DNA of 64,000 bases from Candidatus Latescibacterota bacterium (GCA_965203175.1 OZ241867.1:1344001-1408000), one strand, 5' to 3'. Shown: positions 30,337 through 39,977, numbered from the stretch's first letter. Numbers and translations: made by a program. Notes: a model not told the origin generated them from the sequence alone.

Positions 30337-31281
30337 ATGAACTATCGGTCTCTACTGATTGTCTGTTTGGCAACGCTAGGGCTAGCCATCGCTGGCTGGG
30401 GGCAAGCAGATGGTAAAATAGCGTTTATCTCCGACCGCGAGGGGCACAAGGACGTTTGGATTATGAATGCGGATGGGAGCGACCCCGTGAGCCTAACCCA
30501 AGGGCAGTATTGCGCTAGCCCGGCTTGGTCCCCGGATGGCACGAAGATCGCCTATATAGACATTGGTGCCGATCATTCTGGTAGTGATGTCTGGGTGGTA
30601 GACGCCGCCGGCGGCAATCTGCAACAACTGACAGGCAAGCCAGTGACGGAATACATAGCCAGGGGAGCTCTTTTTTGGTCTGAAGACGGAAGTAGCATTC
30701 GCTTCTACGCGTTGGGCCGCACAGACATATTCGCTGTGGCGCTGGACGGCAGTGGATCCTCACGCATGGAATGGACGGAGGGGGCTTTGGAAATCCTCCG
30801 CTTCCGAAACCACCACCATCTTTCTCCAGACGGAACCAAACGAGCCTCCGTCGCCTTGCCGCGTGATGACGTAGAAGGCCAAGCTCTCTTCATGATCTAC
30901 AATGTCGAAGACAGGCAGACCACGGTCGCCCGGGCCATTACCCTGTCCGACCAACCTAACGTCGATCTCTCTGCTCTGGATCGCGCCGCTTGGTTTTACC
31001 CTTCTTTTCCCCTTACTTGGGCACCCAACGGCACGAGGGTAGCCTTCACTTCGTACACCGTTCGCGAAAGGACTGACACTCCTTCCCCCAACGACTTTTC
31101 CTATTCCGAAGCCACTGGGGAGATTTGGGCCGTTGATATAGACGGGAGCAACTTGGTCGAGTTGACCAACGGCTTGGGTGGATATTCTCCCGCTTGGCAA
31201 CCAGTTTCCTCTTCTACTATTGCTACAAGTGTCGAAACCCAGTCGTGGGGACGGATCAAATCGCTGCTTTCAACCCCATGA
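30337..31281 (+). CDS. TolB-like (PD40) secreted protein, array class A
   Basis: Conserved termini; SWGRIK. Confidence 0.88.
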   Translation: MNYRSLLIVCLATLGLAIAGWGQADGKIAFISDREGHKDVWIMNADGSDPVSLTQGQYCASPAWSPDGTKIAYIDIGADHSGSDVWVVDAAGGNLQQLTGKPVTEYIARGALFWSEDGSSIRFYALGRTDIFAVALDGSGSSRMEWTEGALEILRFRNHHHLSPDGTKRASVALPRDDVEGQALFMIYNVEDRQTTVARAITLSDQPNVDLSALDRAAWFYPSFPLTWAPNGTRVAFTSYTVRERTDTPSPNDFSYSEATGEIWAVDIDGSNLVELTNGLGGYSPAWQPVSSSTIATSVETQSWGRIKSLLSTP

Positions 31282-31326
31282 CATACATCTAACCTTCTCA
31301 TTCATCCTTATGAAAGGAGCCGAGTT

Positions 31327-32241
31327 ATGAACTATCGATCCATATTGATCGCCTGCTTAGCAACGCTGGGGTTAGCCGTTGCTGGCTGGGGGCAAGCCGA
31401 CGGTAAAATCGCGTTTATCTCCGACCGCGAGGGATACGAGGACGTGTGGATTATGAATGCGGATGGGAGCGATCCCGTAAACCTAACCCAAGGACGGCAT
31501 TGCACTACCCCAGCTTGGTCCCCGGATGGCACGCAGATCGCCTATATCTACCTCGACGATTATCCCCATGGTCGGTACGGTGGAGAGATTTGGTTGATGG
31601 ATGCCGACGGCGGCAATCCACAGCAGCTAACAGACGATTCCGTCGATAAAACATCGCTTTCGTGGTCGGCCGACGGGAGTAGCATTTACTATGTCGTCAG
31701 GTGGACGGCGGAAATGACTAAGGAGTCGGAGGCGGGTGAGAGGGACGGCCCTGATGCGTTTGTTATGGCGCTGGACGGCAGTGGCCCTTCGCCCGTGGAC
31801 TGGCGAGAGGTGCCCCACTTCCGTCACTCCAGTCTTTCCCCGGACGGAACCAAAGAAGCCATCGTCGTGTTGCGGGAAAAAGGGGACGCAGAGAATCTCG
31901 CCCGCCTCTATGTCCGCGATGCCAATGAAGACGAGTACTTTATCGCCCGGTCCACCGGCAAGTACCCGGGTATTCCTCTGCTTGGCTTACCCCGGAACGC
32001 GACCGTGAGCGACGCCACATGGGTAACTAAGCCTACTTGGTCACCTGACAGCATGAGAATGGCCTTCACTTCTCTCACTCACCTTGGGCTCATTTGGGCC
32101 GTTGATCTAGACGGGGGCAACTTGGTCGAGTTGACCAACGGCTTAGGTGGACGCGGGCCCACTTGGCAACCGGCGATCCCTGCTGCTACGAGCGTCGAGT
32201 CCCAGTCGTGGGGACAGGTTAAATCGCTGCTTTCTCATTAA
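31327..32241 (+). CDS. TolB-like (PD40) secreted protein, array class A
   Basis: Conserved termini; SWGQVK. Confidence 0.88.
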   Translation: MNYRSILIACLATLGLAVAGWGQADGKIAFISDREGYEDVWIMNADGSDPVNLTQGRHCTTPAWSPDGTQIAYIYLDDYPHGRYGGEIWLMDADGGNPQQLTDDSVDKTSLSWSADGSSIYYVVRWTAEMTKESEAGERDGPDAFVMALDGSGPSPVDWREVPHFRHSSLSPDGTKEAIVVLREKGDAENLARLYVRDANEDEYFIARSTGKYPGIPLLGLPRNATVSDATWVTKPTWSPDSMRMAFTSLTHLGLIWAVDLDGGNLVELTNGLGGRGPTWQPAIPAATSVESQSWGQVKSLLSH

Positions 32242-32331
32242 TCGCGCCTCGTGCGTAGGGGCGGTGCGGAGCGCAAGCCGTCCCTACGTGCTTTTCTGCA
32301 CCAACCTACCCTTTGATCTAGGAGGTCAACT

Positions 32332-33972
32332 ATGCACCGCTTTATCGTAGCTATTTTGCTGTTGGCGGCTCCACACGGGGCTTTTGCCTCGCCCGGTGCG
32401 TTGTTCGCAGAACCCGACTTTTTCACCCTTGGTCCGGGCATCGGCACGGGATTCCCTGATGATACCGGCGCTTTGGGCGATGTAGATGGCGATGGGGATG
32501 TGGATCTCGTGGTAGGTTGGACTCGTTGGTCGCCACACGTATATGCAGACGACGGAGCCTCGGGAGAGCACTTTCCACATTGGGGCTGGACCGTGGCGTC
32601 CAACGACGGCTTGGGTGGCTTGGTCCCCACCCGCGACGTCATGCACGGAAGAGAAGAAGCAGGAGCAAGCAGTGCGCCCGGCATTGGTATCTGGGGGGAT
32701 GACTTCGACGGGGATGGACTTTTGGACCTAGCCTTCGCGGAGGGATTGGACCTCGAACTGTGGCACAACCGGGGCGAGGACGGCTTTGCAACCATCCTGC
32801 GACTGCCCAACACCGGTTTCGTTGGCCTAGCCGATGGTGAAGGCGACGGCGATTTGGACCTGTTGGTCACGGAGTATGAGGAGTATGAGGACGAGGCAGA
32901 GCACACCCACGACGGGACATCCCAAGCGACCCTGTGGTTCAATGACGGCGACGCGGAGTTTGTCCGCAGCGATCGGTTCACCCTCGACAGCGAGGCGGGG
33001 CTCTGGCCTATGCTTTGGCCCGCCGAGCAATCGTTGGGAGCGGGAAGGTCCATACGGCTGTTATGGACCCGATCGTGCTATCGGCAGCTCCAAGAGTCTG
33101 GGCCGACGGGGATTTGGCTGACCCAGCCGTGGGCGGCCAGCGCGGAGCCGCCGCTGTTTTTCGAGTCCATGGTCAGCCCCTGTAGCTACACCCCTCTGCA
33201 GGTTGGTCGCGATGGACAGGTGGATTTAGTTGGCATCGCCGAGGCAACCGTTTCCTCCTACGTACACACCTATCACGGCTTGGCGCTGTGGCGTCTGGAC
33301 GCCTCGGGCGCGGTGGCAAGCCACACCCTGCTCGGCTCGCAGGTACACGTGCAAGGTCGCCCCCTCGTCAGCGACCTCAACGGCGATGGTCTGCAGGACG
33401 TGGCCTTGGTCGATGGCAATTTGGAAACGGGTCCGGCCTTGGTCGTCTTGCTCGGCCAGCGCGGTGGCGTGCCCGTGCTTGAAGGCCGCTACCGGCTGCC
33501 GGGCACAGGAGGCATGGGCAACGAGGTGCTCGCTGGCGACCTCAACGGCGATGGGGCCGCCGATCTGGTCGTGTTGGGGCGGAATGAGGATGGCGGGACT
33601 TTAGGGGCTTGGGGGGTTCCTGGTGGGGCTTTCGTCTTTATCAATCAGAACAGTCTGCCCACAGCCGTCGCCGTTGAGTCGGCCACGCCGTCGGCCTTTG
33701 TCTTGGGTGCGAACTATCCCAATCCGTTTAATCCGGCCACGACCATCCCCCTATCGGTGCCCGACGGTGCTGAGAGTGTGGACGTAGCCATCTACAACCT
33801 CTTGGGACAACTTGTGCGCCAAGTGTGGTCGGGTCCGTTGGCGGCGGGCGAACACCGGCTGACTTGGGATGGCCGAGACGATAAGGGCCAACTCGTCGCT
33901 TCTGGAGCCTATTTGTATCAGGTACGCGTGGGTGAGCAGCTACGCACCCGAAAAATGGTCAAGCTCGAATAG
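32332..33972 (+). CDS. Secreted FG-GAP/VCBS-repeat protein with T9SS/FlgD-like CTD (copy 1)
   Basis: GDVDGDGDVDL and DLNGDG repeats; NYPNPFNPATTI...WDGRD...SGAYLY...RKMVKLE. Confidence 0.88.
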   Translation: MHRFIVAILLLAAPHGAFASPGALFAEPDFFTLGPGIGTGFPDDTGALGDVDGDGDVDLVVGWTRWSPHVYADDGASGEHFPHWGWTVASNDGLGGLVPTRDVMHGREEAGASSAPGIGIWGDDFDGDGLLDLAFAEGLDLELWHNRGEDGFATILRLPNTGFVGLADGEGDGDLDLLVTEYEEYEDEAEHTHDGTSQATLWFNDGDAEFVRSDRFTLDSEAGLWPMLWPAEQSLGAGRSIRLLWTRSCYRQLQESGPTGIWLTQPWAASAEPPLFFESMVSPCSYTPLQVGRDGQVDLVGIAEATVSSYVHTYHGLALWRLDASGAVASHTLLGSQVHVQGRPLVSDLNGDGLQDVALVDGNLETGPALVVLLGQRGGVPVLEGRYRLPGTGGMGNEVLAGDLNGDGAADLVVLGRNEDGGTLGAWGVPGGAFVFINQNSLPTAVAVESATPSAFVLGANYPNPFNPATTIPLSVPDGAESVDVAIYNLLGQLVRQVWSGPLAAGEHRLTWDGRDDKGQLVASGAYLYQVRVGEQLRTRKMVKLE

Positions 33973-34015
33973 ACGATCCGTAGCCTATTCATAACCTTCT
34001 GAAAGGAGCCGCGCT

Positions 34016-34124
34016 ATGAACTCTCGATCCCTATTGATCGTCTGCTTGGCAACCGGCGATCCCTGCTGCTACGAGCGTCGAGTCCCAGTCGTGGGGACAG
34101 ATCAAATCGCTGCTTTCTCATTAA
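34016..34124 (+). pseudogene. Array gene with the whole middle deleted (signal start fused to tail)
   Basis: RBS, then ATGAACTCTCGATCCCTATTGATCGTCT, then GCTTGGCAAC, then the tail ...SWGQIKSLLSH*. Confidence 0.85.
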
Positions 34125-34214
34125 TCGCGCCTCGTGCGTAGGGGCGGTGCGTAGCGCAAGCCGTCCCTACGTGCCTTTCTGCACCAACCTACCCTTTGAT
34201 CTAGGAGGTCAACT

Positions 34215-35834
34215 ATGCACCGCTTTATCGTAGCTATTTTGCTGTTGGCGGCTCCACACAGGGCTTTTGCCTCGCCCGGCGCGTTGTTCGCAGAACCCGA
34301 CTTTTTCACCCTTGGCCCGGGCATCGGCATGGGGTTCACTGATGATACCGGCGTTTTGGGCGATGTAGATGGCGATGGGGATTTGGATCTTGTGGTAGGT
34401 TGGAATCGTTGGTTGGTGTACGCAGACGACGGAGCCTCGGGAGGGCACGAGCACCTTACACATTGGGGCTGGACCGTGGCGTCCAACGACGGCTTGGGTG
34501 GCTTGGTCCCCACCCGCGACGTCATGCACGGGAGAAAAGAAGCAGGAGCAAGCGGCGCGCCCATCATTAGTATCTGGGGGGATGACTTCGACGGGGATGG
34601 ACTCCTGGATCTGGCCTTTGAGCAGGGATTGAACCTCGAACTGTGGCACAACCGGGGCGAGGACGGCTTTGCAACCATTCTGCAACTGCCCAATGTCGGT
34701 TTCATTGGCCTAGCCGATGGTGAAGGCGACGGCGATGTGGATCTGTTGGTCATGGAGTATGACGACGAGTCATTGGAAAACCACGAGGGGACATCCCAAG
34801 CGACCCTGTGGTTCAACGACGGCGACGCGGCGTTTGTCCGTAGCGACCGGTTCACCCTCGACAGCGAGGAGAGGCTCTGGCCTAGGCTTTGGCCCGCAGA
34901 GCGATGGTTAGGAGCGGGAGGGGCCGTGCGCCTTTTATGGTACCGAACGTGCTATCAGCAGCTCCGAGAGGCTGGGCCGACGGTGGGTTGGCTGACCCAG
35001 CCGTGGGCGGCCAGCGCGGAGCCGCCGCTTTTTTTAAAGTCCATGGTCAACCCCTGTTACTCCATCCCTCTACAGGCCGGTCGCGATGGACAGATGGATT
35101 TAGTCAGCATCGCCGAGGTAACCGTTTCCTCCAACATACACACCAACCACGGCTTGGCGCTGTGGCGTCTGGACCCCTCGGGCGTGGAGGCACACCACAC
35201 GCTGCTCGGCTCGCAGGTACATGTGCAAGGTCACCCCTTGGTCAGCGACCTCAACGGCGATGGTCTGCCGGACGTGGCCGTGATCGATGGCAACGAGGAA
35301 ACGGGTCCGGCCTTGGTCGTCTTGATCGGCCAGAGTGATGGCGTACCCGTGCTCGAAGGTCGTTACCGGCTGCCGGGCACGGGGGGCATGGGCAACGAGG
35401 TACTTGCCGGTGACCTCAACGGCGATGGGGCCACCGATCTGGTCGTGCTGGGGCGGAATGAGGAAGGAGATCTTGATGATTTTGGCGGGGCTTTTGTCTT
35501 TATCAACCAGAACAGTCCACCCACAGCCGTAGCCGTTGAGTCGGCCACGCCGGCGGACTTTGTCTTGGGTGCGAACTATCCCAATCCGTTTAATCCGGCT
35601 ACGACCATCCCCCTGTCGGTGCCCGACGGTGCCGAGGCTGTGGACGTAGGCATCTACAACCTCTTGGGACAGCTTGTGCGCCAAGTGTGGTCGGGTCCGT
35701 TGGCGGCGGGCGAACACCGGCTGACTTGGGATGGCCGAGACGGGCAGGGACGCCCCGTCGCTTCTGGAGCCTATTTGTATCAGGTACGCGTGGGTGAGCA
35801 GCTACGCACCCGAAAAATGGTCAAGCTCGAATAG
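34215..35834 (+). CDS. Secreted FG-GAP/VCBS-repeat protein with T9SS/FlgD-like CTD (copy 2)
   Basis: High identity to copy 1. Confidence 0.88.
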   Translation: MHRFIVAILLLAAPHRAFASPGALFAEPDFFTLGPGIGMGFTDDTGVLGDVDGDGDLDLVVGWNRWLVYADDGASGGHEHLTHWGWTVASNDGLGGLVPTRDVMHGRKEAGASGAPIISIWGDDFDGDGLLDLAFEQGLNLELWHNRGEDGFATILQLPNVGFIGLADGEGDGDVDLLVMEYDDESLENHEGTSQATLWFNDGDAAFVRSDRFTLDSEERLWPRLWPAERWLGAGGAVRLLWYRTCYQQLREAGPTVGWLTQPWAASAEPPLFLKSMVNPCYSIPLQAGRDGQMDLVSIAEVTVSSNIHTNHGLALWRLDPSGVEAHHTLLGSQVHVQGHPLVSDLNGDGLPDVAVIDGNEETGPALVVLIGQSDGVPVLEGRYRLPGTGGMGNEVLAGDLNGDGATDLVVLGRNEEGDLDDFGGAFVFINQNSPPTAVAVESATPADFVLGANYPNPFNPATTIPLSVPDGAEAVDVGIYNLLGQLVRQVWSGPLAAGEHRLTWDGRDGQGRPVASGAYLYQVRVGEQLRTRKMVKLE

Positions 35835-35949
35835 ACGATCTGACTGTCTCGCTGCTTTCAACGGACACTCGTTAATTGCGCCTCGTCCGTAGGGACGGTG
35901 CACAAGCCGTTCCTACGTGCCTTTCTGCACCAACCTCAGGAGGTAAACT

Positions 35950-37581
35950 ATGCACCGCTTTATGGTAGCTATTTTGCTGTTGGCGGCTCCACACGGGGCT
36001 TTTGCCTCGCCCGGTGCGTTGTTCGCAGAACCCGACTTTTTCACCCTTGGCCCGGGCATCGGCATGGGGTTCCATGATGGTACCGGCGTTTTGGGCGATG
36101 TAGATGGCGATGGGGATTTGGATCTCGTGGTAGGTTGGAATCGTTGGTCGCCACACGTATATGCAGACGACGGAGCCTCGGGAGAGCACTTTCCACACTG
36201 GGGCTGGACCGTGGCGTCCAACGATGGCTTGGGTGGCTTGGTTCCCACCCGCGACGTCATGCACGGAAGAAAAGAATCAGGAGCAAACAGTGTGTCCATC
36301 ATTAGTATCTACGGGGATGACTTCGACGGGGATGGACTCTTAGATCTGGCCGTTGAGGAGGGATTCAACTTCGAACTGTGGCACAACCGGGGCGAGGACG
36401 GCTTTGCAACCATCCTGCGACTACCCAACACTGGTTTCGTTGGCCTAGCCGATGGTGAAGGCGACGGCGATTTGGACCTGTTGGTCACGGGGTATGACGA
36501 CGAGTCATTGCGCAACCACGAGGGGACATCCCAAGCGACCCTGTGGTACAACGATGGCGACGCTGCGTTTGTCCGTAGCGACCGGTTCACCCTCGACAGC
36601 GAGGAGAGGTTCTTGCCTATGCTTTGGCCCGCTGAGCAATCATTGGGAGCGGAAGGGACCGTGCGGCTGCTATGGACCCGATCGTGCTATCGGCAGCTCC
36701 AAGAGTCTGGGCCGACTAGGGTTTGGCTGACTCAGCCGTGGGCGGCCAGCGCGGAGCCGCCGTTTTCTTTTGAGTCCATGATCAACCCCTGTAGCTACAC
36801 CCCTCTGCAGGTCGGTCGCGATGGACAGGTGGGTTTAGTTGGAATCGTCGAAGTAACCGTTTCCTCCCACATATACATCTACCACGGCTTGGCGCTGTGG
36901 CGTCTGGACGCCTCGGGCGCGGTGGCAAGCCACACCCTGCTCGGCTCGCAGGTACACGTGCAAGGTCACCCCCTCGTCAGCGACCTCAACGGCGATGGTC
37001 TGCCGGACGTGGCCTTGGTCGATGGCAATTTGGAAACGGGTCCGGCCTTGGTCGTCTTGCTCGGCCAGCGCGGTGGCGTGCCCGTCCTCGAAGGTCGCTA
37101 CCGGCTGTCGAGCACAGGGGGCATGGGCAACGAGGTGCTTGTCGGCGACCTCAACGGCGATGGGGCCGCCGATCTGGTCGTGCTGGGGTGGAATGAGGAT
37201 CGCGGGATTTTAGGGGCTTGGGGGGTTCCTGGTGGGGCTTTCGTCTTTATCAACCAGAACAGTCCACCCACAGCCGTGGCCGTTGAGTCGGCTACGCCGT
37301 CGGCCTTTGTTTTAGGTGCGAACTATCCCAATCCGTTTAATCCGGCCACGACCATCCCCCTATCGGTGCCCGACGGTGCCGAGGCTGTCGATGTAGCCAT
37401 CTACAACCTCTTGGGCCAGCTTGTGCGCCAAGTGTGGTCGGGTCCGTTGGCGGCGGGCGAACATCGGCTGACTTGGGATGGCCGAGACGGGCAGGGCCGA
37501 CCCGTTGCTTCTGGAGCGTATTTGTATCAGCTACGCGTGGGTGATCAGTTGCACACCCGCAAGATGGTCAAGCTCGAATAG
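35950..37581 (+). CDS. Secreted FG-GAP/VCBS-repeat protein with T9SS/FlgD-like CTD (copy 3)
   Basis: High identity to copies 1 and 2. Confidence 0.88.
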   Translation: MHRFMVAILLLAAPHGAFASPGALFAEPDFFTLGPGIGMGFHDGTGVLGDVDGDGDLDLVVGWNRWSPHVYADDGASGEHFPHWGWTVASNDGLGGLVPTRDVMHGRKESGANSVSIISIYGDDFDGDGLLDLAVEEGFNFELWHNRGEDGFATILRLPNTGFVGLADGEGDGDLDLLVTGYDDESLRNHEGTSQATLWYNDGDAAFVRSDRFTLDSEERFLPMLWPAEQSLGAEGTVRLLWTRSCYRQLQESGPTRVWLTQPWAASAEPPFSFESMINPCSYTPLQVGRDGQVGLVGIVEVTVSSHIYIYHGLALWRLDASGAVASHTLLGSQVHVQGHPLVSDLNGDGLPDVALVDGNLETGPALVVLLGQRGGVPVLEGRYRLSSTGGMGNEVLVGDLNGDGAADLVVLGWNEDRGILGAWGVPGGAFVFINQNSPPTAVAVESATPSAFVLGANYPNPFNPATTIPLSVPDGAEAVDVAIYNLLGQLVRQVWSGPLAAGEHRLTWDGRDGQGRPVASGAYLYQLRVGDQLHTRKMVKLE

Positions 37582-37676
37582 ACGATCCGACTGTCTCGCT
37601 GCTTTCGTCGGGCCTATATTTCCTCTGAAAATGGCATGTGGAAGAGTCCTCAAAAATCACCGAAAGTAGGATACAA

Positions 37677-38219
37677 ATGAACAAATCAATGCTACGCACG
37701 TTGCAAGCCGCAACGATCCTCACGGTGCTCGTGCTCCTGCTTTCGATCAACTTGGGCCAAGCCGACCATGACAAGGATCGAGTTCGTTGTGGTAGCGATG
37801 AAACAAAATGGGACCAGTGTTTTGATTGTAGCTTAAACCCCGATCATCGTTTTTGTTCTTGGGAATATATAGATAGAAATACACCATATCCGAAATACGC
37901 TTGGATCACGTTTGCCTTAGATTGGGAGTGCAATCTATATATAGCGGATAGGCAGTATTCCTCTACTCCCTGTTCATTGGTCGTGCCAGACAATGCAACG
38001 GATCAGAATTTTAGCTGCCGCCGCTTCCGTGGTAGCTTGTGCGAGGATTTTAACCCGGACGAACCATATACATTAGGCACCAGTTACCATATCGACAACA
38101 AGACGCAGGACAGTCGTCTGTGTTCGTCCGCTCCTTGTTCAGAAACCAATCAGGCTACGGTTGTGGACGAGACCTCGTGGGGGCAAATCAAATCGCTGCT
38201 TGCAACGGGAACTCATTAG
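37677..38219 (+). CDS. Cys-rich secreted protein with SWGxIK tag
   Basis: Signal peptide; about ten Cys; ends ATVVDETSWGQIKSLLATGTH. Confidence 0.75.
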   Translation: MNKSMLRTLQAATILTVLVLLLSINLGQADHDKDRVRCGSDETKWDQCFDCSLNPDHRFCSWEYIDRNTPYPKYAWITFALDWECNLYIADRQYSSTPCSLVVPDNATDQNFSCRRFRGSLCEDFNPDEPYTLGTSYHIDNKTQDSRLCSSAPCSETNQATVVDETSWGQIKSLLATGTH

Positions 38220-38260
38220 TCGCTCTTGGTTTATAAGCTTCTGCGCCTAAAGGATGCAAC

Positions 38261-38428
38261 GTGATTCCCGCCCTACTCGACCGCATTCTCGAACTAGCCT
38301 TCGACCCCCGAGTCGCCGCCTTCTTCGGCGTCTGCTTGGGGCTGTATATCCTGCGGGACGTGGCCCGTATATGTTTGCGGCTACTGGAGGCTTTTTGGCG
38401 GGGACGGAGGAAGAAGGGCGATGCGTGA
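38261..38428 (+). CDS. Possible small (55 aa) membrane protein
   Basis: GTG after AAGGA; hydrophobic VAAFFGVCLGLYIL; basic tail WRGRRKK. Below the ORF-track cutoff. Confidence 0.4.
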   Translation: MIPALLDRILELAFDPRVAAFFGVCLGLYILRDVARICLRLLEAFWRGRRKKGDA

Positions 38429-38457
38429 TGAGTGGTTAGACGCTATCCACTGACCAC

Positions 38458-39183
38458 TTAAACGAAATGTTCGGAGTTATCTTGGGGGTCGTAGCCTAAT
38501 TCGCGGCGGGCGTTTTCGAGGTCCCAGTAGGCGCGGGTGTTGCCCGAGATGCCGTAGTAGATTCCGAAGCGCACATCGGCCTCAATGGAGCGCTGCACGA
38601 GTTGGACGCAGTCGCGGTGGCTCAGCCAGGTGGAGAGAATCCGGTCGCTTTGGCGCTTGACGACTGCGGAATCCGGCTGGAACGAGCCGATGCGCAGGCA
38701 TACGACCTCCAAACCGTAGCGATCCACATAGTAGCGTCCCAAACTTTCGCCAAATGCCTTGCTGGCTCCGTACAGGCTGTCGGGCCGCACGGGCATTTCC
38801 GACGTGGTGTACATCCTTTCTTCCTCGTAAAGGCCGGTCACGTGATTGGTGCTGGCGAAGACGACCCGCTTGACGCCCGCGTTTCTGCAGGCCTCATAGG
38901 TGCAGTACACGCCTTGGATGTTCTTTTCTAGCACCGACTCCCAAGTGGCGCTAACCTCTGGATCGCCGGCGAGGTGGACTACCGCATTGACGCCGGCGAC
39001 CGCCTCGACCATAGCGGCCAGATCGGCGACGCTGCCGCGGACGACCTCTTCGCCTGCGGCGGCTTCCCGCACTGTGCGGTGATACATCAGCCGCAAGTCG
39101 TAATACTCCCGCAGCCCTTGGCGCATCACCTCGCCGATGCGTCCGGCCGCTCCCGTAATTAGCACTTTTTTGCGACCCATCAC
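38458..39183 (-). CDS. NAD-dependent epimerase/dehydratase (uronate dehydrogenase-like)
   Basis: ITGAAGRIG, FASTNH, RPDSLYGASK, CLRIGSF, STWLSHRD. Confidence 0.85.
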   Translation of the reverse strand: MMGRKKVLITGAAGRIGEVMRQGLREYYDLRLMYHRTVREAAAGEEVVRGSVADLAAMVEAVAGVNAVVHLAGDPEVSATWESVLEKNIQGVYCTYEACRNAGVKRVVFASTNHVTGLYEEERMYTTSEMPVRPDSLYGASKAFGESLGRYYVDRYGLEVVCLRIGSFQPDSAVVKRQSDRILSTWLSHRDCVQLVQRSIEADVRFGIYYGISGNTRAYWDLENARRELGYDPQDNSEHFV

Positions 39184-39299
39184 TTCTCAGACAGTCGGTT
39201 AATAAGCCACCACGTCAGGACGGCTATGAGGAGGCCCGCCGCTAGCCCAAGGCTCCAAAAGAGGCACTCCTGCGAGGAAAGATTTTTGCGAAACTTCAT
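39180..39299 (-). CDS. Small (39 aa) single-TM protein
   Basis: AGGAG RBS; MKFRKNLSSQECLFWSLGLAAGLLIAVLTWWLINRLSEK; its TGA overlaps the next gene's start. Confidence 0.6.
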   Translation of the reverse strand: MKFRKNLSSQECLFWSLGLAAGLLIAVLTWWLINRLSEK

Positions 39300-39311
39300 A
39301 GCGCGATCTCC

Positions 39312-39962
39312 TCAGCGGCTGGCCCAGAGCATGCCGCGCCGCTGGATCTCGCGCGCTTCGGGCACGTCGAAGTCTCGCGCCACGTGGCCCAGCGACGAGT
39401 AGAACACCCGACCCGCTCCCCACGCGCGCTTCCACACCACTGGCATGACCGTTCCGTTGACCCAAGGCGCACTTTGACGGCCCTCTAGGGTCGTCGTGGC
39501 CAGTACCTGATTGCCCGGGTCGGTGTGCATGTAGTACTGCTCGGAGTGCATCTGGAAGTCGTCTAGGCCGGCGACGATGGGGTCGTCTGGGGCCGCGATG
39601 TTGACCGTGTAGTCGATGATGCCGTCTGGATGGGCGACAAACTGGCCGCCGACCATGAACTGATAGGTGGTATTGTTGCGAAACGAATCGGCCATGCAGC
39701 CGTGCCAGCCCGCTACGCCGGCACCGCGATCAACGGCCGCGAGCAGCCCCTGTTCCTGCTCTCCTTCGATCTGGCCCATCGTCCACGCCGGCACCACCAG
39801 ATCCTGCTCGGCCATGAGGTCGCGGTCTTTGTACGTGTCGAGGGTGTCCGAAATGGTTACTGCGAATCCGTCTTCTTCTAGAATGGGGGCGAAAATATCG
39901 ACGCACTGCTTGGGCTCGTGCCCCTCCCAGCCGCCCCAAACCATGATTGCCTTCTTTGCCAT
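39312..39962 (-). CDS. ThuA-domain (trehalose utilisation-like) protein
   Basis: [38 protein letters not shown]. Confidence 0.88.
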   Translation of the reverse strand: MAKKAIMVWGGWEGHEPKQCVDIFAPILEEDGFAVTISDTLDTYKDRDLMAEQDLVVPAWTMGQIEGEQEQGLLAAVDRGAGVAGWHGCMADSFRNNTTYQFMVGGQFVAHPDGIIDYTVNIAAPDDPIVAGLDDFQMHSEQYYMHTDPGNQVLATTTLEGRQSAPWVNGTVMPVVWKRAWGAGRVFYSSLGHVARDFDVPEAREIQRRGMLWASR

Positions 39963-39977
39963 GACGCTCCTTATGCG

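Noticed and set aside
18159-32241. Calling the PD40 genes tolB
   Set aside because: They lack the TolB N-terminal domain and there is no tolQ/tolR/tolA/pal context.
17183-37581. Diversity-generating retroelement or integron as the source of array variation
   Set aside because: No reverse transcriptase, template/variable repeat pair, integron integrase or convincing attC sites were seen. The variation includes indels and block swaps.
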